Positions 9,506 through 16,935 of a DNA stretch of 64,000 nucleotides are shown here, in pieces. Each line of letters opens with the position of its first letter. The first letter of the stretch is position 1. The DNA lies in assembly GCA_017134395.1 (NCBI GenBank), contig CP070993.1, positions 23,231-87,230 on the forward strand, given 5' to 3'. The notes below the pieces were generated by a model. The model was not told the origin of the DNA. It saw only the letters and a list, made by a program, of their open reading frames with translations, and did no database searches. Made by a program: the position numbers and the translations under genes. The stretch comes from Candidatus Kaiserbacteria bacterium. GTDB taxonomy: Bacteria; Patescibacteriota; Minisyncoccia; Phycocordibacterales; UBA2100.

Positions 9506-9534
9506 TTGACACAACATTATATATATTGTATATT
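9506..9534 (+). promoter_or_regulatory. sigma70-like promoter TTGACA-N17-TATATT
   Basis: TTGACA at 9506-9511 and TATATT at 9529-9534; an AT-rich leader runs to ATG 9560. The listed ORF start at 9506 is an in-frame TTG inside the promoter. Confidence 0.55.
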
Positions 9535-9559
9535 ACTATTAATTAATAATTTATTAAAC

Positions 9560-10597
9560 ATGAAATTCACGCAACAAAAAAAGACTCATAATAAGATTAC
9601 TCTACTATCTTTCGCAGTAGTAATGATTCTCGCTACACAAGTGCTTGCTTTCCCATCTACAGCAGCAGCTGTTGTTTCGGAAGCTTGTTGCGGTGGATAC
9701 ACCGACTACAGTTTCGAAGACACTTACTACCCGTCATATACTGATTACAGTTTTGAGGATACCTATTATCCCTCATACACCGACTATAGTTTTGACGACA
9801 CCTACTATCCTTCATACACCGACTACAGTTTCGAAGACACTTACTACCCGTCATATACTGATTACAGTTTTGAGGATACCTATTACCCTGCATACAGCAA
9901 CGACTACCAATATGAAATTAACGACTACCAATACGCAATCAATGATTATCAGTATGATTACCCTGGAGTAATCTACGATGATTGGGATACTGATTGGAAT
10001 CTAGATTTGTCGTTTGATTATTATGAATATGATAATTACGACTATTATGAGCCACGTTACTACCCAACATATACTCCATCGTATTCACAGCCGTCTTCGT
10101 ACTACAACAACGTTGTAAGCAACGTTACAAACACGAACACAAACATAAACAATAATACAAACATCAATAACGTTTCAAGTGGATATCCTGTATATATTCC
10201 ACCAGCACAACCACAGCCGATTGTACGCTATTCGTACCCGCAAACTATTGTTACAGCAGCACAACCACAACCTCGTGTTACGGTCGCAGCAGCACGAACA
10301 GGATACGTACACATCAACCAAGTGCCATATACTGGAACAAATGATCTTATGTATATCGCAGCACTCATTGTTGCCGCATTTGGTGTAGGAGCAGTACTTT
10401 TCTTCCACAAATCAGGCGTCTTTAGTTCTATTGAACTGCCAGCGTTTGCAGCACGTGGTACTGGTGAATCTATTTTGTACGCTGATGACAGCGCAGAAGA
10501 TGATCCAGAGAATTCGCCAGCTGGCGAAGAGGACACTACGCTTTCACTCGAAAATGGAGAAAACGGTCCAAAGCTCTCATTCGTAAATCGAAAATAA
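9560..10597 (+). CDS. Tyrosine-rich secreted repeat protein: signal peptide, 5x tandem YTDYSFEDTYYPS repeats, Asn/Thr-rich region, VPYTG motif followed by a TM segment and a cytoplasmic tail
   Basis: Signal peptide KITLLSFAVVMILATQVLAFPSTAAA. Five 13-aa repeats and three NDYQY(E/A)I repeats. Internal ...QVPYTGTND + LMYIAALIVAAFGVGAVLFF + HKS resembles a sortase sorting signal, but it is followed by about 60 more residues. Confidence 0.7.
   Translation: MKFTQQKKTHNKITLLSFAVVMILATQVLAFPSTAAAVVSEACCGGYTDYSFEDTYYPSYTDYSFEDTYYPSYTDYSFDDTYYPSYTDYSFEDTYYPSYTDYSFEDTYYPAYSNDYQYEINDYQYAINDYQYDYPGVIYDDWDTDWNLDLSFDYYEYDNYDYYEPRYYPTYTPSYSQPSSYYNNVVSNVTNTNTNINNNTNINNVSSGYPVYIPPAQPQPIVRYSYPQTIVTAAQPQPRVTVAAARTGYVHINQVPYTGTNDLMYIAALIVAAFGVGAVLFFHKSGVFSSIELPAFAARGTGESILYADDSAEDDPENSPAGEEDTTLSLENGENGPKLSFVNRK
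9698..9895 (+). repeat. Five tandem 39-nt coding repeats; copies 1 and 4 identical, copies 2 and 5 nearly identical, giving a 78/117-nt higher-order unit
   Basis: Read directly. The unit is accgactacagtttcgaagacacttactacccgtcatat, encoding YTDYSFEDTYYPS. A 21-nt x3 repeat (NDYQYEI) follows at about 9900-9962. Confidence 0.85.
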
Positions 10598-10626
10598 GTA
10601 CACTCTGTACTTAAATAAAGAGTCAT

Positions 10627-10668
10627 AAAACACAAAAACCCGCAGATGAATGCGGGTTTTTGTGTTTT
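10627..10668. terminator. Strong hairpin, bidirectional terminator-like (18-bp perfect stem)
   Basis: AAAACACAAAAACCCGCA-GATGAA-TGCGGGTTTTTGTGTTTT. Confidence 0.7.
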
Positions 10669-10694
10669 AGATTGTTTTCTTTGTAAAACTTTTT

Positions 10695-10739
10695 AGCTAC
10701 CCAATATATGGACATCGGATGTCCATATATTGGGTAGCT
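10695..10739. repeat. 45-bp perfect palindrome (22-bp arms, 1-nt centre): AGCTACCCAATATATGGACATC-G-GATGTCCATATATTGGGTAGCT
   Basis: Read directly. Intergenic between two Tyr-rich protein genes. No adjacent T-run on either strand, so it is not a canonical terminator. Confidence 0.9.
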
Positions 10740-10813
10740 TGTATGTTGCGATTGCATGCTAAATCAAGATATATATTGACAAAGAGGGTACAAAAGGAGC
10801 ATTATGAAAGTAT

Positions 10814-11386
10814 ATGAACAACATACACATAGCACCTCATATAACTGTACTTTTTGTGATAATCGCACTTGTATTATTTGTACTGCCGACTTTTGCGTCT
10901 GCGCATCATCCAGGACATTCATCGTCATACAATGTACCAACGTACAGCACGAGCTACTACGATTACAACCGTGATTATTCGTACCAAAATCAAACACAAA
11001 TAAACGAAAGCACGTATTGGCACTACAACCGTTATCCTTATACCAATCCGTATTATGTAAATCCAGTGATACCACATGGAAGTTGCAACTATTCGTCATA
11101 TCAACAATACACGTACCCGCAGTACTATGGTTATGAATGCCTAGAGTATTATTACCCTCAATACCAAGACCAGTATTATCCAGTATACGACTATGAGTAT
11201 GTGACATATTACCCAGAATATGAGTATCAGTACCAATATTATCCTACGTATGAACCATATTATGAGTATTACTACACGTACGAGCAGCCATACTATGACT
11301 GGGGTTGGCAAGGGGTTTACGAACCACAGTGTTGGAACAATGCCTATTGCAACTATTCTGGACAAAATTACTACTATTCTATCTAG
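10814..11386 (+). CDS. Tyrosine-rich secreted protein (second of the cluster)
   Basis: Signal/TM segment HITVLFVIIALVLFVLPTFASA; the remainder is rich in Y, N, Q and P (YYPQYQDQYYPVYDYEYVTYYPEYEYQYQYYPTYEPYYEYYYTYEQPYYDWGW). Promoter-like TTGACA at 10776 with -10 CATTAT at 10800, which would make the transcript leaderless. Confidence 0.6.
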   Translation: MNNIHIAPHITVLFVIIALVLFVLPTFASAHHPGHSSSYNVPTYSTSYYDYNRDYSYQNQTQINESTYWHYNRYPYTNPYYVNPVIPHGSCNYSSYQQYTYPQYYGYECLEYYYPQYQDQYYPVYDYEYVTYYPEYEYQYQYYPTYEPYYEYYYTYEQPYYDWGWQGVYEPQCWNNAYCNYSGQNYYYSI

Positions 11387-11407
11387 AAGCATAGAATGAG
11401 TAATAAT

Positions 11408-11443
11408 AAGGATAAAAGCGCTCTGTAGAGCGCTTTTATCCTT
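11408..11443 (+). terminator. Terminator-like hairpin (16-bp perfect stem)
   Basis: AAGGATAAAAGCGCTC-TGTA-GAGCGCTTTTATCCTT, with a U-rich 3' side. Confidence 0.55.
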
Positions 11444-11475
11444 ATTATAGTAGTTGCAAATAGGGGTATTTGCTA

Positions 11476-11504
11476 TTGACAAGGATATTGTATTGTGCTA
11501 TTAT
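11476..11504 (+). promoter_or_regulatory. sigma70-like promoter TTGACA-N17-TATTAT; predicted TSS within 3 nt of ATG 11514 (leaderless)
   Basis: TTGACA at 11476-11481 and TATTAT at 11499-11504; ATG at 11514. The listed ORF start 11454 is an in-frame TTG upstream. Confidence 0.55.
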
Positions 11505-11513
11505 ACACATTGT

Positions 11514-11948
11514 ATGACCTTACGTAATAAGGGAATTCCAGCCTTGGTTGTGACATGTGCATTTGCCATGTTTGCAGTCGCTGCGATTCCTACACATGCA
11601 CAAGCGTCTTCTTATTATAATGGTGGAAATGCTGCTCTTTGTTCTGATATATTCTGCGCTGGTGGCTACTATTATGGAGATAGCTATTATGGCGGAGTGG
11701 TAGATTTTGGAGGAATTGATCTTGGGTATCACTATCGTGAACAGCCAACACGGTATTCGCGCTCTGGGTACAATAGATATCCTGGATACAATACGTATAG
11801 ACCAGCTCAACGATATCCAACACTACGATACACAAACACGAATTATCGGAGTCCTCGTATAACACAAGATCACTTCAAACGTGATTATGTGGGCGCAAGG
11901 AATCAGTGGAACGCAGAAATGCGTTACTGGCAACAGTTTAGTATTTAA
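11514..11948 (+). CDS. Tyr/Gly-rich secreted protein (third of the cluster)
   Basis: Signal peptide MTLRNKGIPALVVTCAFAMFAVAAIPTHAQA. Mature part is rich in Y, G, R and N (SSYYNGGNAALCSDIFCAGGYYYGDSYYGG...). Confidence 0.6.
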   Translation: MTLRNKGIPALVVTCAFAMFAVAAIPTHAQASSYYNGGNAALCSDIFCAGGYYYGDSYYGGVVDFGGIDLGYHYREQPTRYSRSGYNRYPGYNTYRPAQRYPTLRYTNTNYRSPRITQDHFKRDYVGARNQWNAEMRYWQQFSI

Positions 11949-11984
11949 AACAAAAGGCACCCAATTGGGTGCCTTTTGTTTATT
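11947..11984. terminator. Palindromic terminator hairpin overlapping the thrS stop
   Basis: AAACAAAAGGCACCCAA|TTGGGTGCCTTTTGTTT, a perfect palindrome. It serves the convergent 11514-11948 gene (+) and thrS (-). Confidence 0.6.
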
Positions 11985-13221
11985 GGACTGGTTTAGGGTA
12001 TTCGTTCTTAACTCGCTTTACAAAATCTTCAACGGAAAGAGACCCTATCTTCCCATCGTCTCTACTTTCTAGAGTTATATTCCGATCTTTAAGTTCAGAA
12101 TCACCAATGATAATGGTGTAGGGAACTTTAAGTTGTGTAACTTTATGAGTCTTCTTCCCTAATTTATCTTTCGATACATCAAGTTCAGCACGAATGCCAG
12201 CATTCTTTAATTCCTGATGCACCTGCTTTGCATATTCGATATGCAAGTCTGAAACAGCGAGGACACGAACTTGTTCGGGAGCCAACCATGTTGGGAATGA
12301 TCCCGCGTAGTGTTCAATAAGAAACGCCATTATCCGTTCGATTGCACCAACTGATGAACGATGAACCACGAACGCTCGCTTTTTCTTACCGTCATCTCCG
12401 ATATAGGTGAGATCAAAACGATCTGGCATACAGAAGTCGTATTGCACGGTAAACGCTGTATCCTCCTTACCATTAGCGTTCTTCATTTGAACATCAATTT
12501 TTGGTCCGTAGAAAGCTGCTTCGTCATCTGCTTCTACGAATTCACTCCCACGTTTTTTCATTAGTTCCCGCATAAGATCTTCGCTTTTTTCCCATGCCTC
12601 GGGGTTATCGTAGTATTTTTCTGTATCGTTGCGGTTGCCAAGTGAGAGTCGATACCAGTAATCTTTACCAATCTCTAGTCCGAATACACCTGATACATAT
12701 TCGATAAGATCGAGTGCGTCACTAATTTCATCGATTGCTTGTTCTTCATCTTTACAAATTATATGTGCGTCAGAAAGGCAAAAAGTACGAACCCGTTGGA
12801 GCCCCATGAGTTCTCCGGATTGTTCGTAGCGATAGAGTCCCGCTAGTTCCGCCATACGAATTGGAAGCTCACGATAACTATGTGGGCGCGCAAGGTAGAG
12901 TTCAAAATGATGAGGGCATGTCATTGGTCGGAGCATGAATTCCTCGTCATCAACTACTATAGGTGCGTACATAGAGTCTTTGTAGTGAGGGTAATGCCCT
13001 GATTTCTTGTATAAGTCGAGTTTTGCTATATCAGGAGTGTGTACATGTTGGTAACCGCGGCGGATTTCCTCGTCCACGATAAATCTTTCAAGTACTCGCC
13101 GCATTGCTGTGCCTCTTTGCGTAAAAAGAGGTAGACCTTTCCCGACTGAATTTGAGAAGGTAAACAAATCAAGTTGCTTGCCTAGTTTTTTATGATCTCG
13201 TTCTATGTTTTCTTCTGACAT
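11980..13221 (-). CDS. thrS: threonine--tRNA ligase, short form (catalytic + anticodon-binding domains only; no N1/N2 editing domains)
   Basis: 413 aa. Has RDHKKLGKQLDLF (the ThrRS hallmark), class II motifs and a C-terminal anticodon-binding domain. E. coli ThrRS is 642 aa, and the missing roughly 230 aa correspond to the N-terminal TGS and editing domains. Confidence 0.9.
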   Translation of the reverse strand: MSEENIERDHKKLGKQLDLFTFSNSVGKGLPLFTQRGTAMRRVLERFIVDEEIRRGYQHVHTPDIAKLDLYKKSGHYPHYKDSMYAPIVVDDEEFMLRPMTCPHHFELYLARPHSYRELPIRMAELAGLYRYEQSGELMGLQRVRTFCLSDAHIICKDEEQAIDEISDALDLIEYVSGVFGLEIGKDYWYRLSLGNRNDTEKYYDNPEAWEKSEDLMRELMKKRGSEFVEADDEAAFYGPKIDVQMKNANGKEDTAFTVQYDFCMPDRFDLTYIGDDGKKKRAFVVHRSSVGAIERIMAFLIEHYAGSFPTWLAPEQVRVLAVSDLHIEYAKQVHQELKNAGIRAELDVSKDKLGKKTHKVTQLKVPYTIIIGDSELKDRNITLESRDDGKIGSLSVEDFVKRVKNEYPKPVQ

Positions 13222-13456
13222 ACATTAAATGTTAATAGTAATAAAAAACATCCTAGTAAACACGCGACGTTAATCGTGTATTTACTAGGACGATCTACTT
13301 GAGAAACCGCGGTTCCACCTAGTTTTCTAAAACATTGTTCTAGACACTCTTTATATTAGATTAGGCATAATGCGCGAAATGTTCGCCTTTGGTTGGTAGC
13401 CAAAGCAATCTCCAATGCATGCATAGTATCACTGCACTAATTTGTGGTCAACGCTG
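13222..13456 (-). promoter_or_regulatory. T-box riboswitch-like leader of thrS (Thr-specific): promoter, short stem I with an ACC specifier, T-box sequence, and a terminator/antiterminator
   Basis: On the minus strand: TTGACC-N17-TACTAT (plus coordinates 13451-13423). Candidate stem I hairpin CTTTGG-CUACCAA-CCAAAG carries an ACC(A) Thr codon in its loop. T-box element AAACTAGGTGGAACCGCGG (plus 13307-13324) carries a UGGA bulge compatible with the U73 discriminator of tRNA-Thr. Terminator hairpin (plus 13251-13290) is followed by UUUUUUAUU immediately before ATG 13221. CUAGG of the T-box can pair with CCUAG on the 5' arm of the terminator, giving an antiterminator. Confidence 0.6.
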
Positions 13457-16400
13457 CTAGAGCGCACGTACTGCTTCGATGATGAAGCTCAATTCGTCGT
13501 TTCGCTTCGATACACGCCCTTTGAACAAAACACAGGTATCAACACTTAGCAGATCACCATGTTCTGTAAGGATTCGAGGAAAAGCAACTGACTCTATTGA
13601 ATCATTTAAATCACTCAGTGTAATAAATGCCATCTTCTCTCCATTTTTTGTGAGAATAGTTTTGTTTTCTGAAATAATACCTGCGATTACTGTTGCGGTT
13701 CCTTCGCGATGTTTTATCTTCACTTCACCAATACCTTGTTTTCCTTCTAGTTTCTTGGCATGAGCATCCAATGGGTGTCCTGAAACGTATAGACCAAGAA
13801 GCTCTTTCTCCCAAGCTAATCTCTGTTGCATGCTTACATCCTTAGCATCTACGAGTGTGATTGCACTATTTGTTTCTACGGTACCAAAGAGAGAGTCTTG
13901 ACCTTCTGGACGTTTGTTCATTTCTCGTTGGTATTCAAGAAGGATATCTACATTTTCGAGTAATACTCCCCGAGTGGCAAAACGATCAAGTGCACCACTT
14001 TGAATAAGAGACTCAAGACCTCTTCGGTTCATGCCACCGTGACGCACTCGCTCTAAGAAATTTTCTATACTCGTATACTCACCATTTGTTTTTCTTTCTT
14101 CTACAATAGTGTGGGCTACATTTGTGCCGAAGTTCTTTATAGAAGTAAGACCAAATCGAATTTGATTTTCGTTTGGAACTACAGAGAATTCTTCATAACT
14201 TTCGTTCACGTCAGGCGGCAATATTTCGATTCCCATCGCTTTACATTCCACAATTATCTCAGTGATTTTTTCAACATCACCTGAATCTGCTGTGAGCAAT
14301 GCTGACATAAACTCAAGCGGGTAGTTTGCTTTCATGTACGCTGTTTTGTATGCAAGGTTACCGTAGCTAGCGGCGTGTGCTTTGTTGAAACCATACGCAG
14401 CAAACGTTTCGATTTGCTCCCAAAGTTCGTTCACAATTGCTTCAGTTAAACCATACTCGAGGCACCCTGAAATAAACCGGTCCTTTTGTTTAGCCATTTC
14501 TTCCGGGATTTTTTTACCGATAGCTTTGCGGAACTTATCTGCTTCAAGCCATGAGTAATTAGCGAATTTAATCGCAATCATCAAAACGTCATCCTGATAG
14601 GTTATAACACCGTAGGAAGTATTTAGGATTGGTTCCATATCCGGATGCAGATAGGTGACTTTTGAAGCGTCATGTTTTCTTTCTACATAGCTAGGAATGA
14701 ATTCCATCGGACCAGGACGGTAGAGCGCCACCATCGCATTAATATCGTGAATGACCGAAGGACGTAGTTCAACTAACCATTTGGTCATTCCAGCGCTTGC
14801 CATTTGGAACACTCCCATCGTTTGTCCTTGTGCGAGCATCTCATACGTTTCGGGGTTATCGAGTGGAATAGTATCCGGATCAATTTCAATACCTTGTATC
14901 TTTTTTACTCGCTTAATTGAGTCTGCAAGAACCGCCAAGTTTTTAAGACCAAGAAAGTCGAACTTTAAAAGCCCGGCGTCTTCTACGGCATGCATATCGT
15001 ACTGAGTTACTGTCTTACCGCCTTTTGGGTCGAGTTGGATAGGTACAAAGTCCAATAGTGGGGTGGGTGATATAACCACTCCGGCGGCGTGTACTCCCAT
15101 GTGTCTCGCGTTTCCTTCGAGCTTCTTTGCAAGGTCGATAATCTCCTTTGTTTCAGAATCTTCTGTGTACGCTTGCTTTAATTCTGGTTCCATCTCGAGT
15201 GCTCGGGCGAGTGTCATAGGAAATCCTTGGGCCCCAAAAGGAATAAGTTTTGCAAGACGATCACCGACGTTGTATGAGTACCCTAAACCTCTAGCAACGT
15301 CACGTACAACAGCGCGTGCTGCCATGGTTCCAAAAGTTCCAATTTGAGCTACGTGGTCGGTGCCATACTTTTCACGCGCATAGTCGATAAGGTCATCACG
15401 ACGGTTATCAGCAATGTCCATATCGACATCAGGTGCTGACGGTCGTTCGGGGTTTAGGAAACGCTCAAAAGGAAGATTGTAATCAAGGGGGTTAATGTTC
15501 GTTATGTTTGTGAGGTATGACACTAGTGAGCCAGCGGCTGAACCACGTGTGTTGGTAAAGATTCCCATTCTTTTTGCGTTGAGAAGAAGGTCAGAGACCA
15601 CAAGGAAGTATGGTGAGTAACCCTTTGTCTTTATAATATCGAGTTCGTACTCAATGCGTTCCTTTACTTCATCAGTCTCCTCCATGTTGCGAGTAGGAAT
15701 ACCTTCGTAGGCTACTTTGCGAAGCATGTCGTCGTAGTTACTCCCTTTGTCTGTTGGATAGTTTGGGAATACCCAATTACCAAGCTCCAGCTGCACATCA
15801 CAGCTTTCTGCGATTTTTACAGTATTTGCTAGAGCTTCGGGATATTTTTTGAAATACGTCTTTGCTGTCTTTTGGTTAATGAAAGAAAAGTCCTCTGGTC
15901 GGTCAGCTTCATCTCCCATAAGACTCGTACCACTTTGGATTTTTCGAGCAAGTTCTCTGGCAAGGTTATCTTCGTGCTTCATATAATACACATCTTGTGC
16001 GGCAACGAGAGGCACATCGTTTGTTTGTGATAGCTCGACAATACGTTCTTGAAGTTCTTGATGATCAGGAATTTCTGGGTGATGCGTCAGTTCTAGGTAC
16101 AGATTTTCACCAAATACTTTTTTGTACCACTCAAGGCGTCCTGTTGCTTTTTCAGTGTCATGGTCGCGTAACGCGTGAGAGACTGGAGACGCAAAAGAGG
16201 GAAGTATGGCTATAAGACCTTCACTATTTTGCTCTATAAGTTCTTGGTCGATACGAGCTCGATAGTAAAAACCTTCTGTGTTTGAGAGTGTAACTAATTT
16301 AATAAGGTTGTCGTAGCCTTTCTTGTTTTTGGCGAGTAATACAAGGCGAGAGGTGCGGTTGTCTATACGGTGTTCTTTGTCGTGACGAGTACGCGGCGCA

Positions 16401-16630
16401 ACAAAGAAGTCAACACCTATGATGGGTTTTATTTCTGCTTTTTTACAGGCTTTGTAGAAGTCGATTACACCGTAGAGGTTTCCGTCATCGGTAAGTGCAA
16501 GTGCCGTTTGCCCATCTTTTTTTGCAGCATGTACAAGCTCAGGGATTTTAGGCAACGCATTGAGTAGCGAAAGATGACTGTGTACGTGTAAATGAATAAA
16601 GTCAGCGCTCATGTCTGGATAGTATAACAA
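13457..16630 (-). CDS. dnaE: DNA polymerase III alpha subunit
   Basis: 1057 aa. N-terminal PHP domain (HLHVHSHLSLLNALPKIPELV), a polymerase core, and a C-terminal OB fold. Confidence 0.95.
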   Translation of the reverse strand: MLYYPDMSADFIHLHVHSHLSLLNALPKIPELVHAAKKDGQTALALTDDGNLYGVIDFYKACKKAEIKPIIGVDFFVAPRTRHDKEHRIDNRTSRLVLLAKNKKGYDNLIKLVTLSNTEGFYYRARIDQELIEQNSEGLIAILPSFASPVSHALRDHDTEKATGRLEWYKKVFGENLYLELTHHPEIPDHQELQERIVELSQTNDVPLVAAQDVYYMKHEDNLARELARKIQSGTSLMGDEADRPEDFSFINQKTAKTYFKKYPEALANTVKIAESCDVQLELGNWVFPNYPTDKGSNYDDMLRKVAYEGIPTRNMEETDEVKERIEYELDIIKTKGYSPYFLVVSDLLLNAKRMGIFTNTRGSAAGSLVSYLTNITNINPLDYNLPFERFLNPERPSAPDVDMDIADNRRDDLIDYAREKYGTDHVAQIGTFGTMAARAVVRDVARGLGYSYNVGDRLAKLIPFGAQGFPMTLARALEMEPELKQAYTEDSETKEIIDLAKKLEGNARHMGVHAAGVVISPTPLLDFVPIQLDPKGGKTVTQYDMHAVEDAGLLKFDFLGLKNLAVLADSIKRVKKIQGIEIDPDTIPLDNPETYEMLAQGQTMGVFQMASAGMTKWLVELRPSVIHDINAMVALYRPGPMEFIPSYVERKHDASKVTYLHPDMEPILNTSYGVITYQDDVLMIAIKFANYSWLEADKFRKAIGKKIPEEMAKQKDRFISGCLEYGLTEAIVNELWEQIETFAAYGFNKAHAASYGNLAYKTAYMKANYPLEFMSALLTADSGDVEKITEIIVECKAMGIEILPPDVNESYEEFSVVPNENQIRFGLTSIKNFGTNVAHTIVEERKTNGEYTSIENFLERVRHGGMNRRGLESLIQSGALDRFATRGVLLENVDILLEYQREMNKRPEGQDSLFGTVETNSAITLVDAKDVSMQQRLAWEKELLGLYVSGHPLDAHAKKLEGKQGIGEVKIKHREGTATVIAGIISENKTILTKNGEKMAFITLSDLNDSIESVAFPRILTEHGDLLSVDTCVLFKGRVSKRNDELSFIIEAVRAL

Positions 16631-16711
16631 ATCGGTATTCTATAGGTACTTCTTCTGTTCTTGCGATATGGTATGAATTTTGCTCTACTAGATAGTGGAA
16701 GGAGAAAGTCA

Positions 16712-16846
16712 ATGATTCCAGGATTTAAGTGGATGTGGGAGTTTCTTACCGGCGGTAAGAATCTCAAGAAAAGACTTCTTGAGATTCAAGACAGTCAAGA
16801 GAAAAAATCTCACGAAGTACCACCGTTTGATGGCAGGAAAGTCTGA
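16712..16846 (+). CDS. Small ORF (44 aa) with a strong SD, hypothetical
   Basis: GGAAGGAGAAAGTCA before ATG 16712. Product MIPGFKWMWEFLTGGKNLKKRLLEIQDSQEKKSHEVPPFDGRKV. Followed by a terminator at 16867-16901. Confidence 0.3.
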   Translation: MIPGFKWMWEFLTGGKNLKKRLLEIQDSQEKKSHEVPPFDGRKV

Positions 16847-16866
16847 TGAACTTTCCAAACAATTGG

Positions 16867-16901
16867 GCAGGCTAGGAACATATTCCCGGCCTGCTTTTTT
16901 A
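16867..16901 (+). terminator. Rho-independent terminator
   Basis: GCAGGC..GGAA-CATA-TTCC..GCCTGC followed by TTTTTTA. Confidence 0.6.
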
Positions 16902-16935
16902 TGTGTTAGAACTATACCTGATAGAATAGATTGTT

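Noticed and set aside
9698-9962. Regularly spaced direct repeats that could suggest a CRISPR array
   Set aside because: The repeats are contiguous with no spacers, they are in frame, and they encode the YTDYSFEDTYYPS peptide repeat. This is a coding tandem repeat, not a CRISPR array.
9506-11513. N-terminal extensions of listed ORFs starting at 9506 and 11454 (TTG shown as M)
   Set aside because: These alternative-start extensions run through the TTGACA/-10 promoter elements. Signal peptides begin at the downstream ATGs 9560 and 11514.
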